From Isurus oxyrinchus (lineage: Eukaryota), in contig JANJGN010000033.1 of the NCBI GenBank assembly GCA_026770705.1, forward strand, positions 14,818,001-14,882,000: DNA of 64,000 nucleotides, written 5' to 3'. A program made the position numbers and the translations under genes. The notes under the pieces were generated by a model. That model had not been told where the DNA came from. It was given only the letters and a program-made list of their open reading frames with translations, and did not search any database. Numbering within the stretch: the stretch's first letter is position 1; the number at the start of each line of letters is the position of its first letter. Below, piece after piece: positions 24,829 through 39,200 of the stretch.

Positions 24829-27101
24829 TCATAGCAATACACCTTTCTTTCTGTTTCACATATTCATCCAATTTCCCATCGAACGTTATTGGCTACGCTT
24901 CCAGCACCACACTGGACACCAAAACATCGGAAGATTTACAGGGGCTGGCGCTGCCTGAGTGCGTACAATCCATTGTTCCACCGGAATTATTAGCTCACGC
25001 ATCGACATTTGCAAATGCCATCATTTAGTTCAGAAACATAGTAAGGCCCCGAGAACAAACTATGAAATTTAGTTAGATCATGGCTGGTCTGCACTAAAGC
25101 TACATTTAGTTAATGTCACCCAAATTCCTTGGTAATGTTACCTTGTAAAAATCAATCGTCTGCGTTGTTGGTCATTTCAATTCATCCAACATTCACAAGC
25201 AAACCTGTCATTTTGAATCATGTCTTCTTCTAAACTAGGAAGGAAACCAGCACCTATTTTGTGCATAATCTGGTTCCAAAAGCCTATCCGTTGCTTTTTA
25301 GCCTTGCTGAGGCGCTGCCCAGGCCAACAGGGAGAACCACCTCATCCTCTTCTAAGGCATTACTGCAACCAGCTGAGAGGAAGGTCAGGCCGGTCTCTCA
25401 TTCATGTGGGAAAGACGCGGAGTAGTACTCTGTACTAAACTTGGCTGCTCAAATTTTGTGCTTAACGTCCCAGGCCCATGGAGTGCACATGACCCCGCCA
25501 GAGCGATTTGCTGTGACAACGCCGAAGAGAAGTTTTTGGATTCGAGCCGCCCTTTCAAAATGGGAAATCGAACATGGCCCTCAGAAGTGAAAGCAATGAA
25601 TCGCAACGGCTTCAGAATCTGAACGGGGCTTTGTCAGAGATGGGAGTTGCTGATTTGTGATATGCAGACATGAGCTGGGACAGAGTCATTTTAGAAAGGT
25701 TAACCCAGGCAAGATCATGATTGAGAATTCCAGGATTCAAGTCGCTTAGTGTGTTATTTTTCAACCGAGATATCTTTAACAAATATTTGGTGTTTGCATT
25801 ATTCTTCCTCGAAATCGCTTTGAAAGAACGTATTTCCATTTACATACAACCATAAAATGCCGGAAAAACTCAGCAGGTCTAGCAACATCTGAACAGAGAT
25901 AAAGACAGCTAATGTTCCGAGTCCGTATGACTCTTCGCCAGAGCTCTGTTTCTCGCTCCAAGGATACAGCCAGACCTGCTGTGTTTCTGCAGCATTTTAC
26001 GGTTTTACTTCTTATTTTCCAGCATCCGCAGTATTTTGCTTCCATTTTATTGTCCACACTGACTATCTCCAATTTTATGAGTATGAGCTGCCTTCAGGAT
26101 CCTTCCCTCAGAACTGAAACACGCCTTCGAATTTACTGAACTTGGTTAAGGCTTCGCGGCTCAAAATATCTGTTGTTAAACACGCACCCAGATTCCTGAA
26201 TACATTGCAAAATTCCTCCGCACCTGAACGCCCCCTTGCGACCCTGTAGTGAATACTATTTGACTCTTCGATGTCGCCTTGTCAGACAGGACACAGCTTC
26301 AGAAACCTTTCAGATTTTTGCTGGAGCCTCTTGAGAACATTCACTCTCTCCTTATACTCTACACTAAATACGGAAAACACCTCCGTGCTCCGCCACAAAC
26401 ATGTAATTCGTAGAACCGTCTCTTTCAGTTATTATACTCCACTGACGCCCATTATGTGACTGAACACTCCAGAGGTGCAATAGAGATGCAGAAATGTTCG
26501 TAAGCGGCAAAAATCTCCCAGATAATAATGTAAAGGCGAACAAATGACAACTAGCGTGATGCATGCACCAGGAGTGCATTAGTGAGCAAGTACTGCTCTT
26601 CTGCAGCTACGAGACATGAGAACAAGGGTCGAAACAAAACCATGACATTCCATAAAGAGGAAGAACAGGGAGTTCATTTCTTACCCTGCTCCATACTTAT
26701 TCTTCAAACAATATCACTGAAAATTTTGATCATTATGACATTGCCTTTGTGAGACTTTGTTCAGCTTCATTGAGCTCATGCATTTCATACATTAAGACAT
26801 TCCAAAACTACTTCAGCATCGGAAAGGCGTCTTTTGGATGTCCTCAGATCTGTTCCCGGCGCAATTACAAAGGATATAAATATAAGACTTTCCTTTTTAT
26901 TTGTTTTTTCTGTACGTGTTCAGTGGCTCTTGGACAGGATGTGAATATTGAATCGGTATTCACATCACTTCACTATGGCAACATTCTCCTGATTAACTGA
27001 TTAGTTGCCAATCAACGGATTATATTGGTCCAATCTCCGGTATAGCACAGGAATCTCTGTCAAACCGCTTGTAAGTGTGAACACAAACATACGTTTTTTC
27101 A

Positions 27102-27520
27102 TGGCAGGCTGGTGGCAATATTACTGGAATATTAACCCATGGTCCAGGGCTAATGATCCAGAAACAAGAAATAAATTTCACCGCAGCTTCAGATACCGTA
27201 ATAATTCTGCAATAGCCATCAGGATGAGCATTGTACTGACAGATAGTTGTAGCAGACCAACTGGTTAACTACTATCGTTTAAGGAAGAAATCTGCAATAC
27301 TTGTCTGGTATGGTTTAAATGTGACTGCAGACATTGAACAATACGGGTGAATCTTAACTGCCCTAAACAATTAAAAGCTGCATAAAGCTGTTTTGAAAGG
27401 CCGCAGTAAGCATTGTCGGTATTGCAACACTACGTGAACTGCAGCGGTGTAGGAAAGCTCGTTATCAGATTATTCAGTAAAATTCACGATTGCCAGAAAT
27501 GCTGGCAAAATTGGAAGAGA
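27102..27520 (+). mobile_element. Older, degenerate copy of the same SINE family (also ~52650-53070; body deleted in the copy at ~1759-1822)
   Basis: ccaactggttaactactatcgtttaaggaagaaatctgc...gtgactgcagac...cttaactgccc matches the body of the 17314-17695 SINE. Confidence 0.55.
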
Positions 27521-30500
27521 TTCCTGTTCATCTCTGTGACAGAAGGATGTTTGGTGCTTCACTATTTTTAGCTGTGGACTGTAACATGTAAAGTAAAAGA
27601 GCGTGCTGCTACACAGCATCTCGGGCACCTTTGGTTTCTTTTTCGCTCATTGGACTGGACCAGATTGGTGCTAATAACACAGAGTTCTAACACCATTCCA
27701 GACGGGACGGATTCGGTCCCTGTACCTTACGATACTTCTGGTGGAGATTGCGACCCTTTCGGAGTGCCCGATTTCAAGCAGTGAACGGATGAAGAACATT
27801 ATTTGAGATAAACAATAAAGAAAAGGTCGAAGAAAATGGCGAGCAAGGGAGCGTCACGGGTGAAACACCAGATAGAAATATCACAGCACTGAAAGTAGTG
27901 GACAGCACTAAATACAGAAAGCTGCTGAACATTCTTTAATAATGATAGACCAGTAATAGGGAATTCACTTATGCTATTAAATATGGGACGATGCCAAATC
28001 GAGGTTAAGAGTTACAATCTATCGTGGGTATTTTTGTAAAGAAAGTATTTTCTCAAATTGTGTAAAGAATGACCACAGTTTCAGGAGCCACAACCTGGCA
28101 TTCTGGACTGGAACATTGGAACAGAGAAAGGTTTTCACGTGGTTAACGTTGGAAGCTCAGAGAAAATATCAGGCATACAACAAAAACCAAGTCATTGCAG
28201 AAAAAGTCAGATGGCGGGTGTGAACTGTCGCCTCTGACGGACCCACGGATACTCCCTGACTCTGAAACATGTGGTCAGTTTCTGCGGGAAGGAAGTAACT
28301 ATGAGGGGACGGGGCACGATCGAGCCGTGAGGAAATAATGCATCCCTTGGCGTTTTGACTTCCTCCAGTAAGTGAAATCAGAAGTGAAACATTTTTTGAG
28401 ATGGATGCGCATCCTGTGTATGTAGAGAAAAAATAGCACCATATCTTAGAGACGTTTGATACAATCTAAAAGAAAAAAAGTGACCTGTTAAATTCCAATG
28501 AATCAGGGTGCGAATGTGATAGATTCCAAAAAACAAATAACTGGCCATTCCGTGGATATTATGAATCAGAACAGATTGTATTAAGGGTTGACATTCAGTT
28601 TGGAGATCCCAGGTTTAGTGCCTGCGTTTAAACTGTTGGTTTGTCTCATATAGAGGGTCAACCGGTTCCAACTGGCGTCATGATCTCGGAGAGGGGAATC
28701 CTGTTGAATCAACTGTTTACCAGCTGAAAAATAAAAAGAGGAAAGGGGGAAACAATCAGTTCCCGAACCTTCGCGGAGCAAATGACGTATCTGTAGTGAG
28801 ATAAGAAATAGAATGTGGAAGACCTGACAAATTTTGAAAAGGTCTGGATTTTTGGCACAGCTGTTAGTTAGCACAACCGATTAAGAACAAGCAGAATGAT
28901 GATTAGTCTTTAGCTAATCTGACTATTTAAATTGAAGAAAAACCTGGAACTAAATAACATGCAAATTAATCCAAGGGATGTTTGAGGAATAGATATGACT
29001 CGATAAACATTATGGAGTACACTGTCCAACTTCAAGTAACAGTGCACTTAAAATAACAAAAAAGAAGCGAAGAGAAATAGGATGAGGATTACAATAGATC
29101 CAAGAACATTATACAGGTCGCCATCCAATTTAGTCTTAGGTTTTGCTGTAGGTTCCTTTAATTGTGCCGTGTTAGGTAGTGCTTGTACTCCCATAGTATA
29201 TGGGAGATATTTGTTCCAACGTTATAGTAATTCACGAAGTAATGAGGATTGATGCCAGGTTAATGAACATTTCTACAATGTGCTTTACATTTGCCATTGA
29301 CAGCACACAACGGTTATTAAAGAAAGTTGTATTTTTACCAGGTGAACTACAAAGAGCAAGTCAATTCATAATAAGACTCCTATGATTCAAATGGAATGAA
29401 AACAGCCGGGCAAGGTTCCATTATTTTAAAATATTTACCGTATTAAACCAAATAAAACCCACATAATTCAAAGACTAATGAAAAGTTGAAGAGTGCATCA
29501 AAAAGAAAGCTAAATTTCACATTAAGAACTCTCCACAACAAAGAAACTTCACAGAGTTACAATCACTGGCATTACTTCCCGCACAAATGGGGGGAACACA
29601 TGCAATCTCATTCTTTCCATATTTGTTCGACTATGTAGGCTCTCACACATCCCACTCAATCATTTCAACCTCTAAATCACATTTATCTGCGGCTGTATTC
29701 ATTCGGAAGTCCCCAGATATGTTTACCAATGACAAAGTGCACATCCATATCTCCTCTCTCCCTCGGGTCATCGGAGTCCTGAAGGCCCAAGGAAATCTAT
29801 TCTCTGGCCCCTTTGGACAGTCTGGTGGGCTCTGACAACACTGAAGCAGCAGCAATCCACAGTCCATTGTCCTTCCTATCTTCTCTTTCCATCCGCACAG
29901 AAAACATAGTAGTACTATGTCTGCACGATTCTCAGAAATCTACTTCAACACTGGGATGTGTTCAAAGACACAGAGAACTGTTTAGTTCAGAAGGAACTTT
30001 GCTTGTTTCCTCTCTGCACGAAATCTCACTGTGTTCTAAACTGCCAGACAGACACAGTTCCACAGCAATTACCTTTGTATTTATAATTTGTTTCTTAGCT
30101 TTTCATCCTATGGCAATCACAGGTCACATGGACATTTCGTGGGAGCTAATGAAGTCATTATCATAAGAAAATAAGAAATAGGAACATAAGCAGACCATTC
30201 AGCCCCTCGAGCCAGTTCTGCCTTTCAATAAATACATGGCTGATCAGGAACTTTTTTAACCCTCTTTAAGAATACTCTTCAGCCTAATTTTCTCTTAAAG
30301 GAACATCACTCATTAGAAAATACAGACTTTCCCAGATGACCCAGTGGGTCATCAAAATTGCGGAGATCAGTAACAATTTTCATGTTAAAAAGCGAGAGGG
30401 AAGAACGGAACCGGAAATTAGAACCTCAGGACTTCTAGAGACAAAGAAATACTTTTAAAATGTGGGCGCAGCTTCACTTTTGGGAACTTTGCATCAATAA

Positions 30501-32702
30501 AGGCCACAATTAAGTGCTGAACCTTTAGCATCATGTGTCAGTTATGCTTCAAGAAGTTGAAAAAGTAAAAAAATGAAATTAACTGTTTAATTAATAAATC
30601 AAAGTCTTTGAGATTAGCACAGGGTCACGGAAACACTTATTTCAAGGTTGTATCAGTATTGAGTGGGACATTTGTTACTATGGCTGACTTTCTTTTAGTC
30701 ACTTCCCAACTGAGTTTAAAACAGGAAATGTTGGAACTTTCATTTCTGAAGACAGTTCATTGGTTTGAAACGTTAATTCTGTTTCTCTCTCCTCGAGTGA
30801 TGCCTAACATGTTGAGCATCCCCACCATTTGTTTTTCTTCAGCTTCCAACATTCGTAGTATTTTGCTCTGCTCCTCAGTGGAGACATTATTTTAGTACTG
30901 GTTCTATAATAAGCAGTTATTTCTCGCTTTTCATTGTTTGTGCCGTGTTTTTTCTTTACCTGGACACCCATCTTATGCATAATCTACTATGCTCGTTCAT
31001 TGGTCGTGTTGGCTGTTATTAAATCATTCCTTTGTCCAAGTACTTGACAACAGCACGTTCCACAGGTGGTGGGTATTTATCATCAGCTACAGTAGAAGTG
31101 ATTAAAGATCTTTATAATATTCTAAGAAGTTATCACGTAACTAATGCCTTTTCCATAATCTCATGATTTGCTTAATGGTTGCATCATTTCATAATTTGAG
31201 CCAACAAGCATGAACATTTCCGCTTATCCTGCATCCTCAATCAGTACAGTTTCACCTACTGAACTGAATAGCACCCATTCCAGTATTTCCCCCCCGCCCC
31301 CCATCTCACTGAGCAACACTGTAATAACTATTAATCCAAGCATTGCTCATCCCACTAACACATTGTTTACAGTGATCAGCACTGATTCACCTCTGCCACA
31401 TATTCACCTGTTCAGTACTAGCGATGCCAGGATTATCTCTGTTGTGTTGAGAGCTTATACTTCACCGATAAGACCTAATGCTACCGGGTCCACTTCCAGA
31501 CTATCTCACTGACCAGCATGGGTTCACTGATGGAGCCTAGTTCTACACATCGCACTACATGCTCTATCATGAACAGCAGGGTGACTACAGAGATAAATTG
31601 TACATTTAATGCAGGAACGAGGCACCACTGATCCCAATGTTAATTTCCATTCCAGAGGCTGGAGTTCATAAGCTGCGTTTCATAGTTAACATACATCTTA
31701 ATTATCCCTGTTATATTTGGAAGAGAGAAAGTACGATTGAAATAGAGTCAATGTCCAATAAAGCCTCTTACTTAAGAGCTACAGTACAGGCACCAGTCCA
31801 GAACTTGTCATACAAGGGTCTGAGCCTCTTAGAGTGGAGCATGTCTCCAAGAGCCCAGATATATAGTCTTGGGATATCGGCGAATTACAAATAAACATAC
31901 GGTTAAAAGCTGATGCTGCCATTCTACCATGATATCCCAAAATATATAGGATAGTAAACGCCCAAGGTAATCTGATGACAGTTTATATGCAGCTGGTGAT
32001 CAAATAAACGTTTTTACACAAAGGCAGATCGGTGTGTCAGCTCCCGCAACACAAATAAACGTGATGTATGTAATACTCTGTTCTCCCAAGAAATATAGAA
32101 TTGTGATTCCAACAACCCCAAATAAACTCAGATGCAGAGCGTGCTGATCAATGCAAACATTTGTAAACCCAAGAATATAGGTTGCCTTTGTGCCATCATT
32201 TTAAAAGATGCTTCAGCAGCCCATGCATTTGCTAAGCCATACTCGCTCCATCTCCTTTAATTCTCTCCTCCCTGTTAAAACCATCACTATTGGAACGTTA
32301 ATATAAAGGCACAATACGACAGATTCTGGGATTCTGAAACAAAAAGAAAAAATGCTGAAAAAAACTCTCCTCTGATGAAGAGTCATATGGACTTGAAATG
32401 TTAACTCTGTCATTCTCTCCACTGATGCAGTCAGAACTATTGGAACCTTGTCTGTTGCCTATTAAACCCCTTTCTCCACTCCCTTAAGTCTTAGCGACAC
32501 AGACTCTAACCTATTTGGTGTACAATTGGTTGAACCATCCACCCCGCAGATAAGGCTTTGAAAGGTCTTACATGTCATTAATAAAACATGCCACCTCATA
32601 AGCAATTGGGGAATACAAAGATAGCCCCTGCTTTCTCTCATCCGCGACACTGTTTCTTCCATCTGATCCTCCACTGCCTCCTCAACTGACGCTCAAAATT
32701 CT

Positions 32703-33238
32703 TGTTAGGGCTAAGAATGTAGTACTGCATTATGATGGAATGGATTACTAAAATTGGAATCGATAGGCAGGCCAGCACAACCAGTACATCAACAGTTAAA
32801 CTGTAAAACCAAGTGAACCTTATGCAGTCTCGAACTTTGTACGCCCTCTGGTTTTGCCATCACCACCGAGGTTCTGGAAATTAGATAGGAGAATTAGGTT
32901 GGAGAACAACTAAGGTTAAGCATGCACTTCAACAGATATAGCAAGGACAGGTGGTCCCAGCTTAGTTAGGAGGAAATGTCTCTGCCTGGGTGAAAATAGG
33001 AACATACGATGAATGTAAGTATTACCAGACATGTCTGCTTAATGTAAACCTATATGCTGACGAGATCGTAATCTGATGCATGTTCTTGTACATGACCAAT
33101 ATTGTATAAATATGGTGAGCATGTGTAATTGCTATCTCAAGCTGCTTTGAGATGGTCCTCTCCTTGCAATTTTTCGAATAAACAATTGGGACCTGTACCT
33201 GAGACTCCGGTGGTCCGTTTGTCATAGTTACCACGACA
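32703..33238 (+). mobile_element. Solo LTR, duplicated copy with TTCT TSD
   Basis: Same termini and TSD as 7643-8178. Confidence 0.8.
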
Positions 33239-36200
33239 TTCTCTTGAAGTTTTAAGACCGGGGCCAACAGTCCAGCTGCATCTGTCGCTTCCAATCTCGT
33301 TCCCCTATCCTACCAAAGCAAAGTTCCACATATTTCTCTAATTCTATCCCACATCTTTCCCTCCTTTCTCCAAGGTTATTTTACCCATGAGAACGAGTTT
33401 TTCCTCACATCGTCACATCAGAATTTGCCCAAGGATCTAACATTAGCCCATTCTGGTTTATGTTTTACATTGTGGATGAGGATATCCTCTGGAAACGTAA
33501 TATTGCCAGCAATGCCTCTCATTTGTGAGACTTCTTCCCGTCATGTAGTGCTAGATGAGAAGATACTTCCTCTAAATAAGTATTGGGAAAGCCGAATGCA
33601 TTGACTTCAACACCGCCACTAAATGGCTTCCCCAGCCAATGATTCAAACACTCTGCATGGCAACTCTATGGTGCCCTGTTCCCAGGTGAGATTTTGACCA
33701 GTAACAGCACCATTATTAATACCACCCATTTACCCCTCCTTCAATTCGCTCTATCCTGCGCCTGCCTCCGCTTCTTCGCTGCTGAAAACCTCACTTGCAA
33801 AACATGAAATATCCTGGGCTTCATTAATGGGAGTACACGAGCAAGTAGTTTATCTGAAACCTGCATGAAACACTTGTTGGGTTTCAGCTGGAGTGTTATG
33901 TCCAGTTCTCGGTGTATTTTAGGGATGATGTGAAGGCTTTGGAGAGGGTGTAGAAATGATTCACACAGAAGTTCCAGGGACAGGAAACTTCAGTTATGAA
34001 GATAGATTGGAGGGGTTGGCACTGCTTTCCATGGGGAATAGATGTCAGGAGATTTGATAGGGTTATTCAAAATCATGCGGGACCAGACAGAGCATTTAGG
34101 GAGAAACTGTTCACGGTCATGAAAGGATGGCGTACGAAAGGGCACAGATTTAAAATAATTAGTACAGGAAGGAAAAAAGCGTCGAGAGAAACAGCTTTTT
34201 CATGCAGCTAGCGGTTATGGCCTGAAGCCCACTGCCTGAGAGTGTGGTGGAGGCATTTTCATTCTAAACATTCAAAAGGAATTACAAAAAAAAGGCTGTT
34301 TCCTGAAAATGAGGAATGTGCAGGGTAGCACTGAGAAGGTGGGAGGATAGCACTAAGTGAATTATTTATTCAGAGAAATGGTGCAGATACGTTGGGACAA
34401 ACAGCCTCTTTCTGCGTTGTTACAACTCTATGATTCTGTGCCTTTTATGCTGCTAATAATAACGATTCGAATGCATCCGTTGCCAAAGTTCCATGTGCTG
34501 TCCATAAAGAGATCCGAAGCTCGGGCTCAGTCGTTTTATGAAGACCTGTTCCTGATCCACCGCAGTGCTCACTGACACTTCCTGGATTCTGGTTAAGCAG
34601 AACCTCGATATTTATTGTCATAGTTTTCAAATCCCTCACCCTCGTCCATGTTTGCAACTTCCTCCAGCAGCAAAAACCTATTTTATGAAAGGAAAATCCT
34701 GCAGATGCTCGAAACGTATTTCAAACTTCTAATCTACCGTCACTCCTCTTAAACGTGTCCTGTTCAAACCTATTCAGCTTCAGGCGCCATACCTTCACCT
34801 GCTAGAGGCCGAACGTTCACAATCCTTTAACAAAGCCACTCTGTGTCCAAACCTTTCTTTTTTATCGTTTAAAAGACCGTTTAAAGCGGAACTTACAGAC
34901 GAAATTTTTTATCATGTGCACTATTATCAATGTATACATCTTGTTAAATGTCTTATGGTAACACTCATGTGGAGCACCCTGGGACATTTTAATAATATAA
35001 AGACCCGCTGTAAGTTTAACGTTCTGTTGGTGTGTTGTTGGTGATCCTAAGCTCAGAAACCTCCAGATACAGAATATTGGTGATCCCAATATGGCCATAA
35101 GAAATGCACGCAGCAATAGGCTTTGGGGCAGATAATTCCAGAGACTCACCACACTCTGAGTGAAGAAATCCTTCCTTACCTCAGTCCTAAATTGCCTGCC
35201 CCTTATTCTCAGACTGTGTTCGCTGATCCCAGACACCTCAGCCATGGGAAACTTCCTTCCTGCATCTGCCCGAACGAGTACAGTAAGAATGATGTATGTT
35301 AAGGAAAAATAAAACCAGGTAGATAGGTGAATGATACAGGAATACCCAAGAAAACCGGGATATTCAGGTTGTGAATCCTCAAGGAGACTGATAAACCACA
35401 ATTATGAAGTTTGGTGTTCACAATAAATCCTAATAAGCAGGAAAGTGATCAGAAACAAGCAATCAACGTTCCCATAGCCGAGTAATTTGCAATTATTAGA
35501 AGGCCAGGTGTGATGGTTATAGAAACAGTTACAAATCAATGTAATTTTAATCACCCATTAGTTCTTACATTGCCAATTTCAACTGTCCATTCCGCCCGAA
35601 TTCCTTGAAGGGCCTTAAGTTTAATCTTTTGCAGCCTCTTTCTAACTTTCAGTTTAGTTTTATGTGTGTCACGTTAATGTCAGGATATGATCATTTGATC
35701 TATCCTCTTGCTTTTTTAGAGAAATGTATTGATAATCTACGCTAGCAGTCCCTAACCGAATTTCCCTTTGCTTGTGCAATAGTCACTGACACCAATAGTC
35801 TGAGAGGCGTTTTGCCGAAATCTATACGAGTTAGGGATCCTAATATAATAGAAAAGAATTATGAGGCGAAGATTGAGTCAGTGAATAAACCGTGTTCTAT
35901 CTTAAAGCAGGTCATTCAAGTCTTATATGACATTGGTCCATCAGGCCTCTTCCTGCTCAATAACTTCGATTGTAAATCATTTAAGTCTGAGCGTGGAACC
36001 ACCTTCCGGTTGGCTGTTGCGCATTTTCCACTACCACACAAACCACTTTCACCTGAGGATTAACGTACTCATCGGTGTAATAATGACGAAAATGACCTTT
36101 TTAAAAGACGTTTTCACGTGGATGTGGGCATCATGGGCTAGCAAGCATTTATTTTCCACCCCTAATTGCTCTTGAGAAGGTGGTGGTGAGATGACTTCTT

Positions 36201-39200
36201 GAACCGCTGCAGTCCGTGTGGTGTAGCTGCACCCACAGTGCTGTTGGGGAGGGAGTTCCAGGAATTTGACCAAGCAACATTGAAAATATGGCGATATAGT
36301 TCCAAGTCAGGATGGTGTTTGAACTGGCATGGAACCTGCAGGTAATGGTCTTTCCATGCATCAACTCCCCTTGTCTTTCTAGGTGGTAGAGGTTGCAGGT
36401 GTGCAAGGTACTATCGAATGAGCTTCGTGTCTTGCTACAGTGCACACTGCTGTCATGGTGATTTGGTGGTGGAGGGAGAGAATGTTGAATGTGATGAGTG
36501 AGATGCTAATCGTGCGGGCTGTCTGCCCTAGATGATGTCGAGCCTCTTGAGAGTAACTGGAGCTGCACTGATTCAGGTAAGTGGTGAATACTCCACCAAA
36601 CTCCTCACTTGTGCCATGTCGATAGTGGACAGAACTTTGAGGAGTCAGGAGGTGAGTTAGTCGCTGCAGGATTCCCTGCCTCTGACATGCACTGGTAGCC
36701 ATCGTATTTATATGGCTACACCAGTTCAGTTCCAGTCAATGGTAACCACGAGGATGGTGATTATGGGGTTTCAGAGTTGGTAACGCCATTGAATGTCAAG
36801 GGGGAGATAGTTAGTTTCACTCTTGTTGGAGATGACCATTGCCAGGCACTTGTGAGCTGTGATTGTTACCTGACACTTATCAGCCCAAGCCTGAATATTG
36901 CCACGTTTTGGAACGGGATTTTACAGTAGCTGAGGAGTCAGAAATTGGGCGCAACATTGTGAAATCATCCACAAACATCCCCACTTCTGGGCCCATGATG
37001 GGTGGAAAGTCAATGATGAAGTAGCTGAAGATTGTTGGGCCAAGGACACTGCTCTGTGGAACTCCTGCAATGATGAAACTGGACTGAGATGCGTGAACTC
37101 CAACAACTTCAGCCATTTTCCTTTATGCTAGTTGTGACTCCAACCAAAGGAGTGTTCGCCACCTTATGCCCACAGACTGCAGTTTTAATCACGCTTCTTG
37201 ACGCCATATTTAGTCAAATACGACCTTGATGTCAGGACAGCAATTCTCAGCTCATTTCCTGAATTCAGTTCTTTGATCCATGTTTGGACCAAAGCTGTAA
37301 TGAGGTCAGGAGCTGAGTGGCTATGCTGGAAAACATGGTAAGATTAAATTTCATGAGCAGTGAGTCTTGGTAGTATTGACAATGACAACATCGTGTCTGC
37401 AGAAGTGACTAACCTCTGATAACAGTGATTTATCATAGAACCTTAGAAGCATAAATTCGTGGCAGCACACGATAAGGCAATTTGGTCAGCTGAGTCTCTG
37501 CCAGGTTTCTCATGAGCAATTTCGATAGTCTCACTTTCACTCTCTTTCCCGATGCCCTGCATTTATTTTTCTTCAGGCACTGATGCAATTTTCTTTTGCT
37601 ATCCATGAACGAATATGACTTCAGCCACCTCTTCAGGCAATGCATACCAGGTCATAACCATTCGCAGCTACAAAACTTGCATCTACCAACAAGGCAGAAA
37701 ATTGAGCAGGTATGTCTTGTTCACAAAAAGCAAGACAACACCTTAATGTCAATAAGTGCCCCGCCAGTCTACTTTCTACCATCAGCATAGTGATATCTCA
37801 TTAAGAACGTATTTATATCTGTTGAACACGAATTACCCAAACAAAGCCCTGATGGATTTTCCTTGGATGTAATGAACACTTGTCCTAACGGCTGTTAATT
37901 ATATCCTGGTTATCGTTTCTGAAACATTTCCTCGGGCCATGGAATCTGGCTGGTCCTTCACAATTTGCCTGCCTAAATTTGGAGAATGTTTTCTAAGTTG
38001 CCTGTTTTTTTGGGCCTTCAGGCTAACAGACGCTTATAATTTAGAAGTGATCAACACATCCTTGTTGCTTTGTTGTATTTGTCCCTATCAGCAAGCAAGT
38101 GCCACATAAAGAGAATACCAGGTCGGGCCTGTAGGTACATCTCAACAGTTCCTTTAAATGGCCCAGTAAGTCATTCAGTTCAAGGCAGTTCGGATGGCCA
38201 TCAAATGTTGAACTTGCCAGCGACATTCCCGTCACATGAAATAATTAAATATGTGTAAATTTTGAAATGGCCCCCTCTCGAATATGGCCTGTTATAGCTA
38301 TTGACTGGGCCAAAACTTCCAGTTCAGATCTGAATTAGAGACAAGAATACATCAGGTTACAAACTCTAAGCATTGTAAAGAAATAAGGCTTGGCTCAGGT
38401 AATAATTGAATCTTTGGAACTCGCCTTTTATCCAGGAATATAACACGTCCAAAGCTAAGGTCAAGGAGGAGGGTGTCACAACAACTGAAGGTGCTCATTT
38501 GTGGAAAATTCTCATTAATATTTGCCCATAGTATCTTTACAGTCTGCACATCCTTCCCGAAGTTTCGTTTCCTGAAGTCCAGTTGAGGCCGAAGACACAT
38601 GTAACCCAGGTTTACCAAAGCATCCTTGCTTTTGCAGTTAACGTCCCTACTTATAAAGCCTGGGGTCACATTGATCTATTTTAAAATTAACAGATAATGT
38701 AGAGTAGGTAGAATGGAAAAGGGCAAGGAAGATTGTAATAGATTTCAAGTTACAATCGATAGGATGCTGCCATTGTCTAACACGTCAAGTGTAATTCAAT
38801 GCATTAAGGTGTGAGGTGGTATATTTCCGGGTTAAGAGTAAGGAAATATAATTAAATTTAAATTGTACGACTTAAAGGGAGTTCACAGACAGAAATACAT
38901 GAGGTGTGCTTGTACTGAAATCTTTGAAGATGGAAGGATAGCATGAAAAAATCAATTTGTTACCCGTAATGTTCAAGTTATTGCGTGGTGCACCAAGTCA
39001 TAAAGTTCTGAAAGTGCTCTATCAAACAGTAGTTCATCTGCAAGAGGAATATTGTGGGCAATTATGAATACTGCACTTTAGAAAGGAGAAGACATGTTTG
39101 ACAGGGTAGGGTAATTTTTTTACAAGATGGAGAATAGCAGTGATGTGAATGGATTGCTTATGCTCCAGTTTTATTTCTCCTGGAAGGAGAGAATCTTTAA

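Larger units (their letters stand above)
4289..29372. repeat. Tandem segmental duplication, unit 1 (25,084 bp)
   Basis: Near-identical to 29373-54922. ORF pairs recur at offsets of 25,045-25,542 (e.g. 4503/29587, 19360/44900, 23072/48614). Confidence 0.93.
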
